Source: Blastocystis sp. Blastoise | Lineage: Eukaryota > Protista > Bigyra: Opalinata | Direction: 5' to 3' | Assembly (NCBI GenBank): GCA_039096225.1 | Contig: JBBPEB010000021.1 | Location: forward strand, 124,001 to 188,000 | Length of the DNA: 64,000 nucleotides | Part shown: piece after piece, positions 62,823-64,000 of the stretch | How positions within the stretch are numbered: the stretch's first letter is position 1 | Layout: the number at the start of each line of letters is the position of its first letter | Made by a program: the position numbers and the translations under genes | The notes under the pieces: generated by a model | Seen by the model: only the letters and a program-made list of their open reading frames with translations | Told to the model about the DNA's origin: nothing | The model's database searches: none

Positions 62823-63822
62823 TTTTCTAAATGAATAGAAGAGTTGATATATTAAAAAATAGAAAAATGTTGAGATATCTTCTAATAAAAGATAAAGCCC
62901 TAACAAATGATATGTTTTAAAAACATGGAGACGTCATCCCAAAATCATTTCTCGATTTTAGAATTTAAAGTTTACCTCTTTTTGATCCCCTTGACAACGT
63001 AGATATTCATGAATAATTTCTATTTTTGTTCTATCTACTAATCTAGAATCGTGAATATTAAAACTATAAAAAGAACTCATAAAATACACAAGTGTATTTT
63101 CTAAACTAGGATTTTCTTCCAGATTCTGAAGTGAAACAAACTACTAAAAATGAAATTTCTTTTAATTTTTTTTAATTTTTTGATTTTTTTTTATGTATGT
63201 TTTTGAACAAATTTCTATTTTGTAATTCTTCTCAAATCATTTATGAACAGGATATACTATTTTAAATACTTGTTTTATTGCTTCTAGAATACTATTTAAT
63301 TCAAACTCATTATCCTAAAGATAATAACGAATTCCATTATTTTTTTTTTGAGAATAAAGTCATTTAAAAGATATTTTTTATACATTATCTATTATATTTA
63401 ATTTCTGTTAAAATAAATGCTATGAAAAAAAAGCATGAATAAAAAATAAAAGTGAATACTCGTTGTTAATCAGACTCATTGCTCATAATCATAAGTATAT
63501 TATATCAATTTCTAGTATTTGAGAGTCATTCAAAATATCTGAATAATTGATTATAAGAAAAAGATACATTTTAGGACAAAATGAAATTCACTTTGTTATT
63601 TGAATATCAATTTTTTTGATATTAAGATTATTGGCTACATATCCCAGATATCTTAGCTAATTTTATTACATAAATTTCTAACAATAAACGCAATAATACT
63701 GATTTTTATTATATATTTTCATTCCATAATTCATATATCAATAATAAAGTATCAGGAAAATATATAATATATCATAAACATATAAATTAAAAGAAACAAA
63801 ACAATTAAATTACAAAAAAACA

Positions 63823-64000
<178 letters not shown>

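Overview
Very AT-rich (roughly 80% A+T by eye), intron-dense eukaryotic nuclear DNA. Introns are short, GT-AG and filled with (AT)n/(AAT)n microsatellites, so most entries in the ORF track are exon fragments or low-complexity artefacts. Splicing the genes by hand gives about 21 protein-coding loci. Housekeeping or recognisable genes: HGH1 (5'-partial), short-form RNase Z, a degenerate aldo-keto-reductase-like protein, UTP7/WDR46, a PUDP/HDHD1-like HAD phosphatase, EAPP, a LOG-family protein, an intronless legumain, an RGS protein, DPM2 (missed by the ORF track), kanadaptin, RRP45, SNAPC3, YKT6, a pseudo-receiver-like protein and the 3' end of a papain-family protease. Five genes start with a BTB/T1-like domain: three end in TLDc and two in an LRR-like solenoid. 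Composition and gene content fit a gut protist such as an AT-rich Blastocystis-type stramenopile, but that is inference. Main unusual signals: (1) a 7.85-kb segment (17756-25605) with terminal inverted repeats and TA/TATA flanks, no transposase, and two decayed intron-containing host-type genes (Pack-type element); (2) a GC-rich motif C[A/G]CGGG(AA) over-represented in gene bodies, in both exons and introns; (3) BTB-LRR genes built from long runs of phase-1 exons, about one LRR per exon; (4) two junctions in conserved genes that need non-canonical splice dinucleotides. All gene models are manual and unverified by transcript data or database searches.
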